Assembly (NCBI GenBank): GCA_002633005.1
Contig: NMRA01000642.1
Coordinates: forward strand, 159,285 to 223,284
DNA: 64,000 nt
Source: Phoronis australis
Lineage: Eukaryota; Animalia; Phoronida
Reading direction: 5' to 3'
The translations under genes and the position numbers were made by a program. Within the stretch, counting starts at the first letter, position 1; every line of letters begins with the position of its first letter. Below are positions 25,083 to 40,000 of the stretch, piece after piece. The notes under the pieces are model-generated. The model had not been told where the DNA came from. It saw only the letters and a list, made by a program, of their open reading frames with translations, and did no database searches.

Positions 25083-28000
25083 TTATCTATCATCATCTGT
25101 ACACTATTAAGAAGTTTGGGGTCCAAAGTTTAGAAAAACCGAGCCAAGGTAAAAATATTATATAGCTTTAAATCGCCATTATTACTTGAATGATGTTGCA
25201 GAAAACAAGAATATCGGTGCATCGTAGTTCGAGATTCCTCATCAGTTAACCTTCTGGTATAAATGAGCGTCCCAGGCTATGAATGTTCAGAGGTGTTAAT
25301 ACCCTGTGCCTTGTATAAATGAGCGTCACTTGTTATGAATGTTCGAAGATGTTGATACCCTGTGCCCGGCAGCATGAAGCAGTCATAGTAGGAATTCAAC
25401 CAGGTTCCCTAAATCTATTTCGCATTTTATTCAGATGCTGTATTCTCGCTAATCAAATATTCGTTATTAGGGGCAGTAGGTGGCACGCACACGCTGCACG
25501 TAGGATCAGTACACCACCGTTATCGTTTTTAACGTACATGTAGCGTATACATGTACAAAACTGTATAGTAGGTTATCGTATAGCCGGTGTGACATACATT
25601 GTAGCCGCAGTAACGTAGGAGAGAGAAGGGCCGACGGTTCAACGGCCCCTGGCATTCACTATAAATATTTTGTTTGGATTTTATACTGATTTTAATTAAA
25701 TTGAATTTAGTTTATACTTCAAGTTCTAGTTTTGCTTAGTACTAGGGTCTATGCGTTTGAGTATAGAAAGGGCCATTCATTAAAAAAATTCCCGGACATC
25801 GCCGAATTTCTGGACGTTACTGTGTAGACAGCAGATATCCTTTTCAGTTTTCCCCTAGCGTACCGTAGTTTTGGCACGTTTGCAGGGCATAAAAACGTAG
25901 ACGAAGTCGGTAATATAACAGTAGGAGCTTAGCACTGGCTAATGAATACAGGTGCATGCTGCCTCGTGAGACTGCTTGAAAAGGTTGAAAAGGTTAACAA
26001 ACCCAGTATACTGAAAACCATTATATCTATGTTGACATTGTGGTTCCTTTGTGTTTCTGCTCCTCAAAACATGTACATGTACATTGGCGAGTTGTGATTA
26101 TCTGTATCAAAATACATCCGTGCGTCAAATTATAAGCATGCGAATTATCTTCAAAGTTCGTCGATTTCTGTGTGACGTCACTGTGCACACTACTACATGT
26201 AGATATAGTAATATTAGCTTTTCAACGTATTTGGTATTTGCGGGTTAACCGAATTTTGAAACAAACTTGACTACTACGTTTACCCTCTCAAACTACGAGG
26301 TCATATTGAAAAGCATTGATGTCTTGAAAATAGTTTCCATCGCATCTCTCGTTCACAGTATTCAAAATAAGTCTGAAATCGTTGAGATTGCACACTTGGA
26401 ACTAAGAAGTAGTTCCCTATGCCACTAAGATGTCGGTCTCTGGGTACATGATCTATTCATAATAAACAGTGCTTTTGTGTCGCAAAAGTTCCATAGCGCG
26501 TGCGTTTGACAATAACATTACCCTTTGGCAACCAGCCCAAACTTCATTGTGAGATTTAGTGCAGTGAAAGTACATGTGGGATTGGACAAAACTGTTCAGT
26601 TGTTCTGGCTTTCAAAGTAAGATTGATACCAATTGTTAAAGGGGTGTTTCTTGGAACCGAGTATTCCCCAAAGGTCAAAGCACTGGCACCGAGCTTTAGT
26701 ATGTCTAAAAATGAACTCCGCCGATTGATCGTTTGAATATGCCATACTGGTGAAATGTTATAGCGGAGCAAAGGAACCTAGTTGACTCCTTCAAATTCGT
26801 TACAAAAGATGAATGTCCGATTTGGAAACAAAATTGTGTATACCTACCTAGTTGCTTGAAGTTTTGTATCTATTTTGATTGTTTGTCCTTTATGTCTCTT
26901 GTTGTTTTGCTTCGTAACTCCACGCCTGGAGATAGGGGATTGTATAGAGACTACGATCGAGTATATATTGATCTGTCTAATAAAAAGTGAAGTCGTGCCT
27001 TCAACCAAGTTTGTATCAATGAAGGGCTGCTACTGAACTATATTGACCTGAAGGTCTAGTTATATATGCATTATGTAACGTCATACGTCGTACTGAAATT
27101 TGGCGTTATATTAAGACAGATTCATCAACGTGGAAATAGTGAAACTAAACCTTGAGTTCATATTGCATGTTTGAGACAGCTCAGCTCAGAACAGTGTTAT
27201 CCTCTGTGTATTTTATTCCCATATTACCGGCTCTGATCACGAGTGGAAAAAGTTAAGACTGAGCGTGCATTCACTAGCGCTAGGAAATACGCTAGGACCT
27301 AGCAAAAATCTAACCAAACTTACGTGATTGCATTCAAAATACACGACACTACATGTATCTCACGTAGACCGCTCGAAGTCTTGCTTTTTGCGAGGTCCTA
27401 GCGTTACTGAACGAGAGGCAAGTCGTGGTTCCGTACGTGTTCACTTGTGTATGAGGCGGATATTCATATCTTGAGCGAAGCTAAACTCGAGTTGCAGACT
27501 GTAGCCTAACATTGTATTCTGTGACGAGTATCAACCAAATGAAGTGGTTTGAGTTGCTTACATTTGTAGCCAGAGACATGTGACTGAAGGAGTCAAGTAT
27601 TCACTCCTTTAATTATGGGGCAAAGTATCCGAATATGCTGACAAGCTGAACATATTTTTACTTTCGCCGAGAGAATAAGAACGCACAAGGTGTCGGTGAC
27701 TTGACCCGTTCCCAGTGCCGCCGCTTCCAATTCTGTAAAGAAAACTGAACGATTAATTGAGGTTACAGCCTTGGGTCACGTTCTTTCACTAAGTTTTTGT
27801 ATACATTTTGTCAGCTCGTGGAAGCAAAGAAAAGAGCTGCTCACTGATCAGTACACACGCTCCATGGCAACTGCGTGTTGTGCAAACTCGTGGTCCTTAG
27901 CAAATCGATGTTTTTCATATGCTGTGTGCCTAGAACGCTTTACCAGTGTTACTGGGTCAAATGCGCCAGGTTCATATTTTACGAACGCCTCAAATAGTTG

Positions 28001-31000
28001 CACTGTACGCGAAATGTCGCTGCCATATTGTCCAGCTGACATTGTGATTTTTTAATGTAAAGCGATGTTCCCTGGTACTTGTCTTTACATGTTACGTATT
28101 GAAATCAAAATGAAAATAAAGAAAGAGCCGAGTACAATCAACAAACAAACACGTACATGTACATTTAGATGTGCACTGCCCTTATACAGTACTGCTTGTA
28201 TACATGAACATAAACCATTCAGTACATGTACATGTGCATCCGTGCATGTTTCGATCTAAGCAATAAAGCTGTCTAAGATCAGAAGTAAGGTCTGTAATGA
28301 ATGTTACGTTGCTATGACAACGAGGACTTTTACGAACAAAATAACTGAACATTCCTAAGATGCCAAAAGTGCCTTGTTGAATTATTCGATAGAATCAAAC
28401 CATTCTATTGCTTCTGAATGACGTAAAGATTCTAGACCATGACATGAGTTCAACTAACGTGTTAACAGGTGGAGCCACTGAGCTACATGCTGAATACAGC
28501 TTGAATAGGAACATTGGGGCTTTCAACATTCGGTAGTTGATTCTTGAGTTCAGTTCATTGGTGTCTCTTTGTCACGTGTTTTATGCGCTTTGATGGAAAA
28601 TTGCTTCATTGTGAAGTGTTGTGGAGCATGTCTCATACCTGATGATGATATAAGGTATTAGATCGAAACGTTGATCATGAACATGGTTATCATTTCCACA
28701 GTCAGCGTCCAATTAGGCTTATATATACATACACTTAATTCAAGGAGAGCACATGTAACTGAGTAGAGGCGTAACCGCAGTTTTAGTTCTTCGTGACTTG
28801 ATCCGTCACTCACCAATTAACTCACATTGTCAACAAGTCGACACATTCCAGTCTACAAGTCAGAATTTTTTTGTCCAAACAACCCCAGGTCTACCTTTTT
28901 TTAAAGAGACATAAATTCCATTTTGGTATTTTACTGGTTATTGTTTTTCAACATAAACTTAAAGGCATTTCTGACCTCTGAGTTTTACAAAATAATTTAT
29001 TGAAAGAGAAGCATTGGCGATAATCTTTGCTATGAAACGGTTCTATCCGTATTTGTATGGTCGGAAATTTACACTGATTACTGACAACAAACCACTTGTT
29101 GCAATTTTTGGTCCAAAAACCGACTTACCTATTTTAGCAGCAGAAAGAATGCAAAGATGGGCAATGTATTTGTCTGGATTCAACTACGATATCAAATTTC
29201 GTAATAGCAAATCCAACGCCAACGCGGACTGTTTATCTAGATTACCAGCTGAAGAATGTCAACAAGCTGAAAATGAATATGAGCCAACTTATGCTCAGGT
29301 ATTCCATGTTGATATTTTGCCTGTGGAAAATAACCTTATAAAACGNNNNNNNNNNNNNNNNNNNNNNNNNNNNNNNNNNNNNNNNNNNNNNNNNNNNNNN
29401 NNNNNNNNNNNNNNNNNNNNNNNNNNNNNNNNNNNNNNNNNNNNNNNNNNNNNNNNNNNNNNNNNNNNNNNNNNNNNNNNNNNNNNNNNNNNNNNNNNNN
29501 NNNNNNNNNNNNNNNNNNNNNNNNNNNNNNNNNNNNNNNNNNNNNNNNNNNNNNNNNNNNNNNNNNNNNNNNNNNNNNNNNNNNNNNNNNNNNNNNNNNN
29601 NNNNNNNNNNNNNNNNNNNNNNNNNNNNNNNNNNNNNNNNNNNNNNNNNNNNNNNNNNNNNNNNNNNNNNNNNNNNNNNNNNNNNNNNNNNNNNNNNNNN
29701 NNNNNNNNNNNNNNNNNNNNNNNNNNNNNNNNNNNNNNNNNNNNNNNNNNNNNNNNNNNNNNNNNNNNNNNNNNNNNNNNNNNNNNNNNNNNNNNNNNNN
29801 NNNNNNNNNNNNNNNNNNNNNNNNNNNNNNNNNNNNNNNNNNNNNNNNNNNNNNNNNNNNNNNNNNNNNNNNNNNNNNNNNNNNNNNNNNNNNNNNNNNN
29901 NNNNNNNNNNNNNNNNNNNNNNNNNNNNNNNNNNNNNNNNNNNNNNNNNNNNNNNNNNNNNNNNNNNNNNNNNNNNNNNNNNNNNNNNNNNNNNNNNNNN
30001 NNNNNNNNNNNNNNNNNNNNNNNNNNNNNNNNNNNNNNNNNNNNNNNNNNNNNNNNNNNNNNNNNNNNNNNNNNNNNNNNNNNNNNNNNNNNNNNNNNNN
30101 NNNNNNNNNNNNAGAGAGTTGTTGAATCAGATGTTACTGAGGAACCTAATGTTGAATTAAGAAGATCAACAAGGAATAGAAAACAACCTGTTAGATTTGG
30201 ATATGATGACTAATATGTTAGTGTGCATGTAATTGATATAGTGAACTTGATTAGTTTATTTTCTTAACAAGAGCCTACTTTATATTTAGTGAGGGAGAGT
30301 GTTGTTTACTTAGTCACACAATAACAGGATGTTTGTAGGTTGTTGTTGTTTATGAGTTCAGTAGTTTAATTGGTATTATGTCATGAGATTCCTAGTACAG
30401 GAAGTGTGTCATAGGTAACGCATCATATGTTGTTATGTAGTTGTGTGTATATATATTGTGATGATATGTAGAATAAATCAGTTCAGTGTTCAGTTCAATT
30501 CTGTTCGTTTCACTGCATAGTTAATGGAGTGTCTACTTTATTTGACAAAGTAAGATACACAACATCAAAGAATCCCAGTCAAACGTTTTTATCACCTATA
30601 GGTTTATTGGTTGGCAGTGAAACATGCACAGCCAAGTTTTCATTTACTGAGAAGACAGTAAATATTTTACAAGAAAACAGGTGTTCTATAACTTGATAAA
30701 ATATGCAAGCCAAAAACCTAGCATAAATGGAGTCACAGTTAGAATTGGTATACATTTTTGTCCAAACTTAGACCAAAATCGTTTTCAAAATCTTCCAATT
30801 TTATAGCACATCTACGAAACTTGGAACAATACATATTCATCTTACATGTACATGTATGTGTACGTGTATGCTATAGTCTCGATAGGGCCTATAACCGTCT
30901 GCAAAGTGTTGGTGCAACAATACGAAACTTATTCCTGGTCACGTGACACTGAATATATGGTCGTCGAAAAAATATAGACTAAGATGTCTTATAAGAGACT

Positions 31001-34000
31001 TTCAGCCTTTTGAAATACATGTATTAACACACCGCAAAAACACCGGCCACTAGCATCACACGTATAATAAGAGGCATTCTTTAGCATAATCATACGTATG
31101 TAAAGTAAGTTTTTCTCCACAACGTGATCTGGAAATTTTTGCGAACAACATGCAGTTTGACCTTTTTAAGTTGTTTTTAAGTAATGTTGTGGAGTTTCCA
31201 AAAATATGCGGGGGCATACCATATCCTAATTTGCGTTCTTTCTAATGTTAATGGACGATTCGCAATAGATATAAGGCCTTGACGAAAATGATTCTACACC
31301 TCCAAGTGATATAAGGTTTTACAAGACCATACATGTAACACCTACTGTACGAATTGTTTTGTTTAACGCTGCCTTTTCTCTTCAACGGCCAGGTTTCAAG
31401 TAACACTGCCTGCATGATTATATTTTATGTGATGTGTCTAACAATCGTGGCTTAAACCGACAACTTAATTACTCTGGGCGTGTAAGTTAACAATGGAAAT
31501 AATATGGAAGAATGTAAACAAAAATACTGCGATCGCTGTATGTAAAGAAAAGTGTTCTATTCGATAGACTAAAGTTGACCTTGAATGGAGTAACGTTAAA
31601 AGCATGTTTTCAAAAATGTACGTATACATGTGCATATAAATGAAGCGCAGACAACCTACAGGTACATGTACACCAAGCCACATCTTATTGCCTTTATATC
31701 GTCTTTTAAGACATATGGGGAATTATCGCCTAATATGTGAATCCAGTCATTCATCACGCTTGTCCTTTCAACCGACGTAATTTAATTCGCTACTGCACAT
31801 TCTTGAGCTGACGCTACAAAAACCTCAATACATACACCGGAAGCGATGCGTCGACGACAAAAGGCACTCCGAGACACTACACTGTATGTCGATGAACAAA
31901 TATCGACTCGAGACGATGCCCCCTACTACCCCAAAACAATGTTTAAGAAGGCAGGATACCAACTGCAGTTGGCAGCACGTTTTGGGCAACTGAAATTAAA
32001 CACAATACAGTGTCTCCGATGGGACTTGAACCCAGGTTATACGTGGGACGACCAAGCGTGTAAATCTTTGGGTCAAGAGGCAATTGCCGCCAGGCAAGCG
32101 GCTTAGAGAGGCTTTATCTGACTGTACTTGTCGGCACAACCGGAAGTCACGCTTCACACCACTACACACATACCGCGGAACAGGAGCGCTCACTGGCTTT
32201 TAGATCTCAGCGGCACCCTAGCGTCCTTGAATTTGACCTCAGCAACGCTCTCGTTTTGTTATAAATCCATTAGTACCTGGTGGAGAAAGCGGGGCCCAAT
32301 TGAAATGATGGTAAAATGGACACAGTAGGTCAAAATGGACATAATGGTCAACGTGGACACAATGGGTCAAAAGGGAGAAGACAGACACAAGTTTTCCTCG
32401 TTTTTAAAGTTGGTATAATGTTGTGCTATTATGAAGCTTCAATATGAAAACGAGTCAAAATTTGCGAAAAGTATTTCATATTGCCACCATAATCCACACC
32501 CAGGAACAACCCAACACTCCCTCAAATTTCATATCATCTAAGAAGATCCATAATGATAGTGAATTTACACTATTGGCTAAATCACATCAAGGTCCATATT
32601 GGGGAGTTGACTGTTACGGTCTAAAATATTTTTTCGACACTTACCAAATGCCAACCGAATCTCATGCAAAGAATTATTTAGTTATGCAAATTAAAAAAAG
32701 GAATCATCAGACTCGGACAGTGGTTGGGAAATGTATGCATGTTTTTGTCTATTATTTTCACTCTGTTTAGATATGACTGGGAATAACTTGAGTCACTTTC
32801 AGAGTCAATTAGATGAAGTTGTACTTAATCATTGAGAAATTGTATGGTTCATCATAAAACAGGCACTCGTTACAAAATTTGTGAATTCTGTGTTTCTAAC
32901 CCTCACCTACTTTAAAGAAGGTTAAAATCTAAAGTTCACACTCTGTAACGAAAAGAACTGCAAAATATGTCAGCCTAGGCAACACAGCAAATTATTCAAT
33001 ATCTAAACAAACCAAAAGTTTGGATATTGAATTGGTTCTGCTAACAAAATGTAGTGTAGTGTATGTCTGACAAAAACAAAACAATGGACATTATCAAATT
33101 TGTGGACAATAAAATGCCATTCAGGACTTGGCTAGTTCTGAAAATCCTAGAAGACACGTCATGTGACAACTGATGTTGCAGAGGCAAGTTCTCTATCTCT
33201 CAAAACAACTTCAACTTGCAACAAACCCACAAGTAGAAGCAGTTCAAAACTCGAGACCATCCCATACATTTGTAGCTTAGTCAACATTTGACGTCGGTTG
33301 ACTATGCGTAGTGTACGTACCTCCCTCCAAACAGTACAATTTTTACTGTTTACAAGTGGATCACTGGGCCTAACTATTTTGACCAACTGGTGAATGTATT
33401 GAAAACTAGGCAAATAGCACCAATAAAGTTTTTGAAAAAGTAGTAACTTTTCATTTTCTTTTTGTAAAAATCATTGCAATATAAGGAAGTTCTCATTATA
33501 CTGTGTTAAAATATGCAATGTATCATCATCTAGAAAAACTTGATCAGCACGGTAATAACCTTTTTTATTTTAGTATGTGATACTTCTTCAGTTAAATCAA
33601 AAACTTATTAAATCAACAGCTACCTTATGAATTTTTGCATGGTAGAAGTGGGTTGTGACCACAAGTTGTAGTGTACCTACCCTTTTATACAACTGCGATG
33701 CATTAGGCCATAATATTTTATTCGGTGGTTCTTGTGCAAAATATTTTAGATTACAAACCTGGAATGATGGTACTCTAAAACAACTCAGCTTTTAAAGTTA
33801 TATGACAACTTCATTTTTCACCAAAAGTGGCCACCGAAGATGGACCTTGATTGTGATTTGGCCGTAGGCGATTTAAAATCTATTTGTTATTATTTTCAGA
33901 TTAGAGCAGCTGCAGAAACAGGCGACTGTTCAACAGTTGTGGAGTATGTAAACCGTGGTTGGGATGTGAACCAAGAACTGTTTTTGTTGGTAAGTATTTA

Positions 34001-37000
34001 CACATGAATACTCGTCTGATCATTATTGCCTTGAAATGCACCTTGTAGCAAACAATTCTATGCAACCGCTATCTTAAAAGTTTAATTACGATGACATTGC
34101 CGCCCTCAGTGATTTTACGTTAAATATATCAGCACTGCAAACTGTTAACCAAAGCAACATGTGAACAGCGTGGTAAACAATACAAAGCAGTAATAACAAA
34201 ATATTCACATTTAACTACGGAAGTTATGATTATAACAGACAACTTTCTTACTTTAAGTTAACAGAACGCGTAATGTTGGTGAGAAAAACACAATGAAATT
34301 ATGACGTGGTCCTACGAACCACAAACTGGCAACTTCAGCGAGTAGAACTTTATAGACGACATTCTGCAAGTCATGAGAATCAGTTATTCAAAAGGTAAAT
34401 TTACCAATCTGGCATGGAATACTATTAATGGTATCTGTTACATCGTCGACTGCCTCCAAAACAAGGATCACGCAAACGATCTATGAAAGAATTAGAAACA
34501 GACCGATTTGGACAAATCCACAGGCGCACCGGAGGGACAAATTTGGAAAAATGTGTCTGATTTTTTCAGAGTTTATTAATAATCTTCACCTAAGTCTGTT
34601 GACAGATTTCCTTTGTTATTGTACGTCGGCATATGACTATAGGAAGAATGATTTCATTCTTCCCTCAAAAGCACTGGTGAAAATTGAACTTTTATAACGA
34701 TACATTTATATCATTTTTAATTTACTGTTTTTATTGGGATTGTGTGACATACATCTATGCCTTGATTATCGTGGATTTGTGAGTGGCTCGACTGTAAGAT
34801 GTTGGAGTTAAGAAAGATATGCTGGGAGTGAAACCCGAGAGTTCTCTAGCTGTCTTGCAGCTTGGAAAAACTATCCAAATTCACATTGTCTAGTTTAAAA
34901 TACACGGTGTAATCTCGCAATGGGCCCAGCGATGTACTAGCGTTCTTGAACTCTATCCAGGTCGAGTGATATTCAAATTTTGTACTGCATATATTCTTTA
35001 CTTTGTCGAGAACGTGAGATGCTAACACCTAAATGAAATTTTCATTACAATGACTTTTTGTACCACTTATTGTGTTCGACCATTTCATAACACCAGTAAT
35101 GATTAATGCAACCTTGATATGATAATCTGTCCAGCACAAGCAAAGGTCCGGACCATCTCCATGTACTTGGTGGATTTTATCACCATAGTCAAAAAGGTTA
35201 AATCGTCTGTACGTACATGTACCAAATGATTTGAAACCTGCATTAACGATGCAATACAAATTCCAATAGGTGAATTAGAATTTATTTTTTTGCACACGGG
35301 CGTGTCAGCGTGGTTGAAATTACATTTCATCATTTACATGTGTACTATCATGCCTAGATCTCTATACACATGTTTTGGGGAATAATTTCACTATCCAGGT
35401 TCACATAAATATTGTCAGTGTGCAATTGGGGCGTCTAGAAAACGTAAGATCAACACTTTATCTCAGCCTTGAACCTTTCATGTGCTTAGTACGGACTATG
35501 AGTTGAAGTTAGATGCAACTGCAGTTGGATAGAGAGGCTTAGAGGGTGTTTTCACGATCTGGATCAATTTTGACTGTATCAAATAATTTACCATTCACTA
35601 AGTCATGCATGGTTTTGCGGCTCATGTCTGTCATGATTGAAGAAGAGCAGAAATATGACACCACCCTTCGGTACCCCTACGTAAGCAAACCTGGTTAGTG
35701 AGGGTTTTGAAGACACACCGTCTAGTCCTACTACCCGATTGGATTGTTACAGTACACGTACATGTACATGTATACAGTGAATAGTGCGTTCAGAGTGTCC
35801 GATTCGATAAGAGAAAACTTTGCTCAAGAAGAAATCTTGAGAAACCGTGTCAAACGCGGATTGATTATCTAATATTAAACCCATTTTTCATCTTATTATC
35901 GTATCTCGTGACCATTTTCGTACAGTTGAGATACGGTACTCTTTCCACTCATAAAACCAAAGTGAATTTGGTAATTTATTGCAATTTATAGAAAGTGAGG
36001 TCTTCGTACGTTTTATTTGATGTCAATTTAAAAGAAAGAATTTTGAAATGTTTCAGCTCTGCAGTGATTCTCAATTCTTTTCTAATTGATTACCATAATT
36101 TAAGTTTCAAAAAGTAGGGTAGGTGCCTGTTAGTGGAATTTTGTTTTATAAATGAGTGGTCGGCGAAGGCATATCTTTTATGCTTGTTTAATTTTTTATT
36201 TGTTATATAGACGGTGCAGTCATTTTTGTTTACACCAGTGTTTTCTAGTAAATGTATGGCAAGTGCTAGGGTCTCCTGGAAAATAGACAGGTGAACTGGA
36301 CTGTTTGCAAACAAATGTGGGTATTCAGCTGTTGTTTTATTTGTGAAGGAATCAAGAAAAGGGCACTTAAACTGTGCTCGTTAATTCCCATCTTGTGATT
36401 TAATAACAAGATATACCAGTAAGTTGATTTTGTTTCTTAGTCGCGTTTTGTTTATGAAAGAGCAATATTCATTTGCCTTGTTGAAACATTACATGCATTT
36501 GTGTATGTAAAGGTTTCATATTGTTCTGGTGCGGTGTAAAACTTGGCTAACTCGCTTTTAATAGTTGGAAATTGTTTTAGGTTGTTAAAAATTCAACACA
36601 TAGTTTGTTTCAAGTTTGATCTAAATAAGATATAAGTTTTGTTGATCTCGCGTTTGACGTTGTTGTTGAATCAAAATTTGGGTCTTCACTTTAGTAGTTT
36701 AGGATTTCCAAAATTGTTTTTATTTACTGATAACATTTGTCCTAGACGTTGTCGCAAATAATAGTCTTCCGATTTGCTGCATTCAATGTCTAAGACCATT
36801 AATTTCCAATTTCTGTCGTGTAGAACTGGTTCATTGTTACAAGTTTTAAGGCAGCTTCGTTATCACAGTTCCCTATAGGTGACAGGACCTCCAGCTAAGT
36901 TTCACGGTCTTCTGCATACCAAATGCCCTTACTGGCATCTAAGTCACCCTTTATTATCACTAGGGTAGATCAGTAACCAAACGTCGTCTCAAATCATTCT

Positions 37001-40000
37001 GTAACCATGATAGATAATTATTTCTATGTCAAACGGAACGTGCAGGGCGTCTGCACGTAAAAGGAAGGCAAAAAAGATTACGAAAAATTTCAGAATGCAG
37101 TCAGTTTTGACAGAATTGAAAGAAAACCCCATCTAAAATTGAACTGTTTCAATTCAATGACAGGTTACACCTCACTTTCTTTGCCGTGATATAGACCAAC
37201 TGATACGATGACGAAGTTAATTTATCTCGTTAAAATATTGAATACGTTAGTTTTAACATCCGCCACTTGGGCAATTGTTTGTCAAAAACATATTCCGGAA
37301 AATATACGTACCATAAACCGCGTATCAAATGACAACTGTGCAAATATTACGCATGGAAAAAATTATAACACCGTGCAAATTTAGGTGAAATTTCGAACAG
37401 TGTGTATAAAAGCACATTCGCTTGAAAACGTGACCAATAAGTTAATGCAAAACGCGAAACTTGTTTGCGTTCCTGTAGTGTAACGGCAAAGTCTGCTATG
37501 GTGGGGTGTAGACTTTTTCAGGATTTCCGGATAATTGATAAGAAACACTAAACAGAACGAACCTGAAGCTCTTTTATCGCGTCATTCCCCGTTAACTGTT
37601 GGGATTTTCAGCTTTTTGTGAATTAATACACTGGAGATGTGTTTAATAAATATTAAGTCAGATCACTATTTATTTCCAGTTTCAGTCGGAGTCTTAGTTC
37701 ACGTGAATGAAAAAATACGTTAGGGTCACATCAGATCTGTACACCTACATGTAAACATTTACATTTGTTCGTGAGTATTGAAGGCCTCTTTAAACACAGA
37801 CAAGTTTACCGGTGAAGCTCGTGTGCACGTGAAAACTGCCCGGCGACAAATCTCTGCTTTGTCAAAAGTGCGATTCCTCACCGCGTCGTTTCAAGCCACT
37901 GAACGGCATGCATGTGCAATTCTTGGAGCATAATTTGCTCGCTTGCGTTCAGTGGAATTAGTCTTCATTAGGTTATGTTCTTACCTAAGACGTAAGTATT
38001 CCCAAATTTTAGGTCTCAACATTGAGTTCTTACGTTTGATGAAATTGTTCTTCTCCACAACAATTGAAAAGCCCTGGACGTGCATCATGCAAAGCAAATC
38101 GAATTCGTGAAGCATGACGTTTCCGTAAGGGTTTTGTACGTCTTCCGTACTATGGCACATTATTTCGCGAGTTCACAGTATTTGTCGCAAATCGGCGTTC
38201 TCTAACAGTCACGTGCTTTCAAGTAACCAAGTAGGGAACATAAGCTTGAACAAAAACATTTGTTGACAAAATTCTCACGACTATTAATCTACTGTCATCG
38301 AAGTCGCTAAAGAAGCAAAGATATATCCTGTAACTATGAGTTCGAACTTCCTCCATTTGTTTGCTCTTCGAATTTTGCGACTCGCACGACTGAAAAATAT
38401 CCTGACCAAAAACAAAACCGCTTAAGTTTTTTTTTAGCCCAATGTCATATTGTGCATTTAACGTCATTGATTTGGGCAGAAATTGTATTAATTTTGGTTC
38501 AATTTTTAGATGACATCAACAGTTACCAAACAAACGGATTGATCATCAGGAACAATTCAGATCAAGTAACACAATAAAGTCAATGTGGCTTACACTTTTT
38601 TACGTTTTCAATTATTAGTTTTTTATAGAATAACTAGCTTCAAAATAACACCCATTCTGTACGGGTTTCCATAATCGGGTAATTCGAGTTTGCTGCCTCA
38701 GCACAGAATACACTGTAGGTGCCATACAGTTATGCAGAACATTGGTAGATTCGAAACCAAGCGTGACTCCAGCATGCATGTCGCTGGGGTTACTTCGCCT
38801 TCGGAAGCCTAAAACCAAACCGGCATTTTGCTATTACATGGGCGGCGCACCATAGGGGGCTGGGGAGGCTATAGCCCCACCACAATTTTCAATGTTCTGG
38901 CGCCCATGGTCTATGGGTGGGGTACCACAGGGGAACTGGGGGGGGGGGCGCTATAGCCCCCCCCCCACTTTTTTCAGGGCTGCTGTTGTTAAGTAAAATG
39001 AGTATGGCCCCTGTAGAATGCGTTAGTGACAAATTCAAACCACGGGGTCGCTTACAGCATACCATGTCTCCGTTGACAGCTGCAAATATAGCACACTGCT
39101 ACTCGAAACGTTGATTTAGTTACCGCATTTTAACGCATCATGCAGTATTGAAAATCACAGAATAGGCACAAAGTAGCAAACTTTAGTATGGTCGTTGTTC
39201 CAAATAATTGTTGCACTAAAAACTGTTGCAGTAGGGAGATTTGTTGTAATACGCTACTTTTGTGCAACGCACCCCACCAATTCGTGAATGTATGGATGTC
39301 GTTAACACCTAGAGTTTTTTAGACACTCGCAATGAATATCTCCAATTCTCTTTGGCTGCCGATTCAGTTAGAACAGTACTCTTTCCAAGCGAGTTTAAAA
39401 AATCAGAGACGTAGTCGTTTGACTACCCTGGGAGCAAAAAACTCGCATGCTATGCGCGAATAATCCAAATAATTTTATTGTTCCTCTGCTGGGACCTTGA
39501 CCGTGCCAATCCACTTGATCAAGCAGTGTTGCAATGACATGCGACCTGGGATATTTTAATTGGATAATCAGGACATTTTACTTTAAAATTGACATGTTTT
39601 TTCGACCACAACGTGTGATACGTTGATCGTTTCAAAATTATTGGACACATTCCTGTTTTGTACCGTTTTATCACCTGTTCTGCCGTGGTGCAGAACTTTT
39701 TTCGGCGCATCCGAAAATTTGCAATAGTAGTCAAAAATTCTTGCGGGTGAAACAAGTCAAAGATTGCATTTGCACTATATCATGTTCAGGCGATGCATGT
39801 ATGTTCACATTGAAATGTAAAAGTCATCCATAGGCGCGTTCTCTGTTAGTGTTCTTTCGACCTTACTTTGGCAACAACTAACTAATGGTCGGACCTACAT
39901 GAGTTGTTTCATATTTCCCAGGTATCAGCCGAGAAGTATAGATACACAAACTCAGCAGGCATTAGGCTTGAAATTCCGGGTTGCACAATTGGACTTGACA

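Larger units (their letters stand above)
28999..30564 (+). mobile_element. 5'-truncated Ty3/Gypsy LTR retrotransposon: pol RNase H fragment, gap, pol C-terminus, polypurine tract and 3' LTR
   Basis: IEREALAIIFAMKRFYPYLYGRKFTLITDNKPL...RMQRWA...NANADCLSRLP, then after the gap LRRSTRNRKQPVRF*. Purine tract AGTGAGGGAGAG at 30288-30299. Lies in intron 1. Confidence 0.92.

Noticed and set aside
29014-30213. 399-aa ORF as a single protein
   Set aside because: It spans an N gap. Only the two ends are real Gypsy pol fragments.
36090-36900. Possible LINE endonuclease relic (LSIFQET)
   Set aside because: Single weak motif only.
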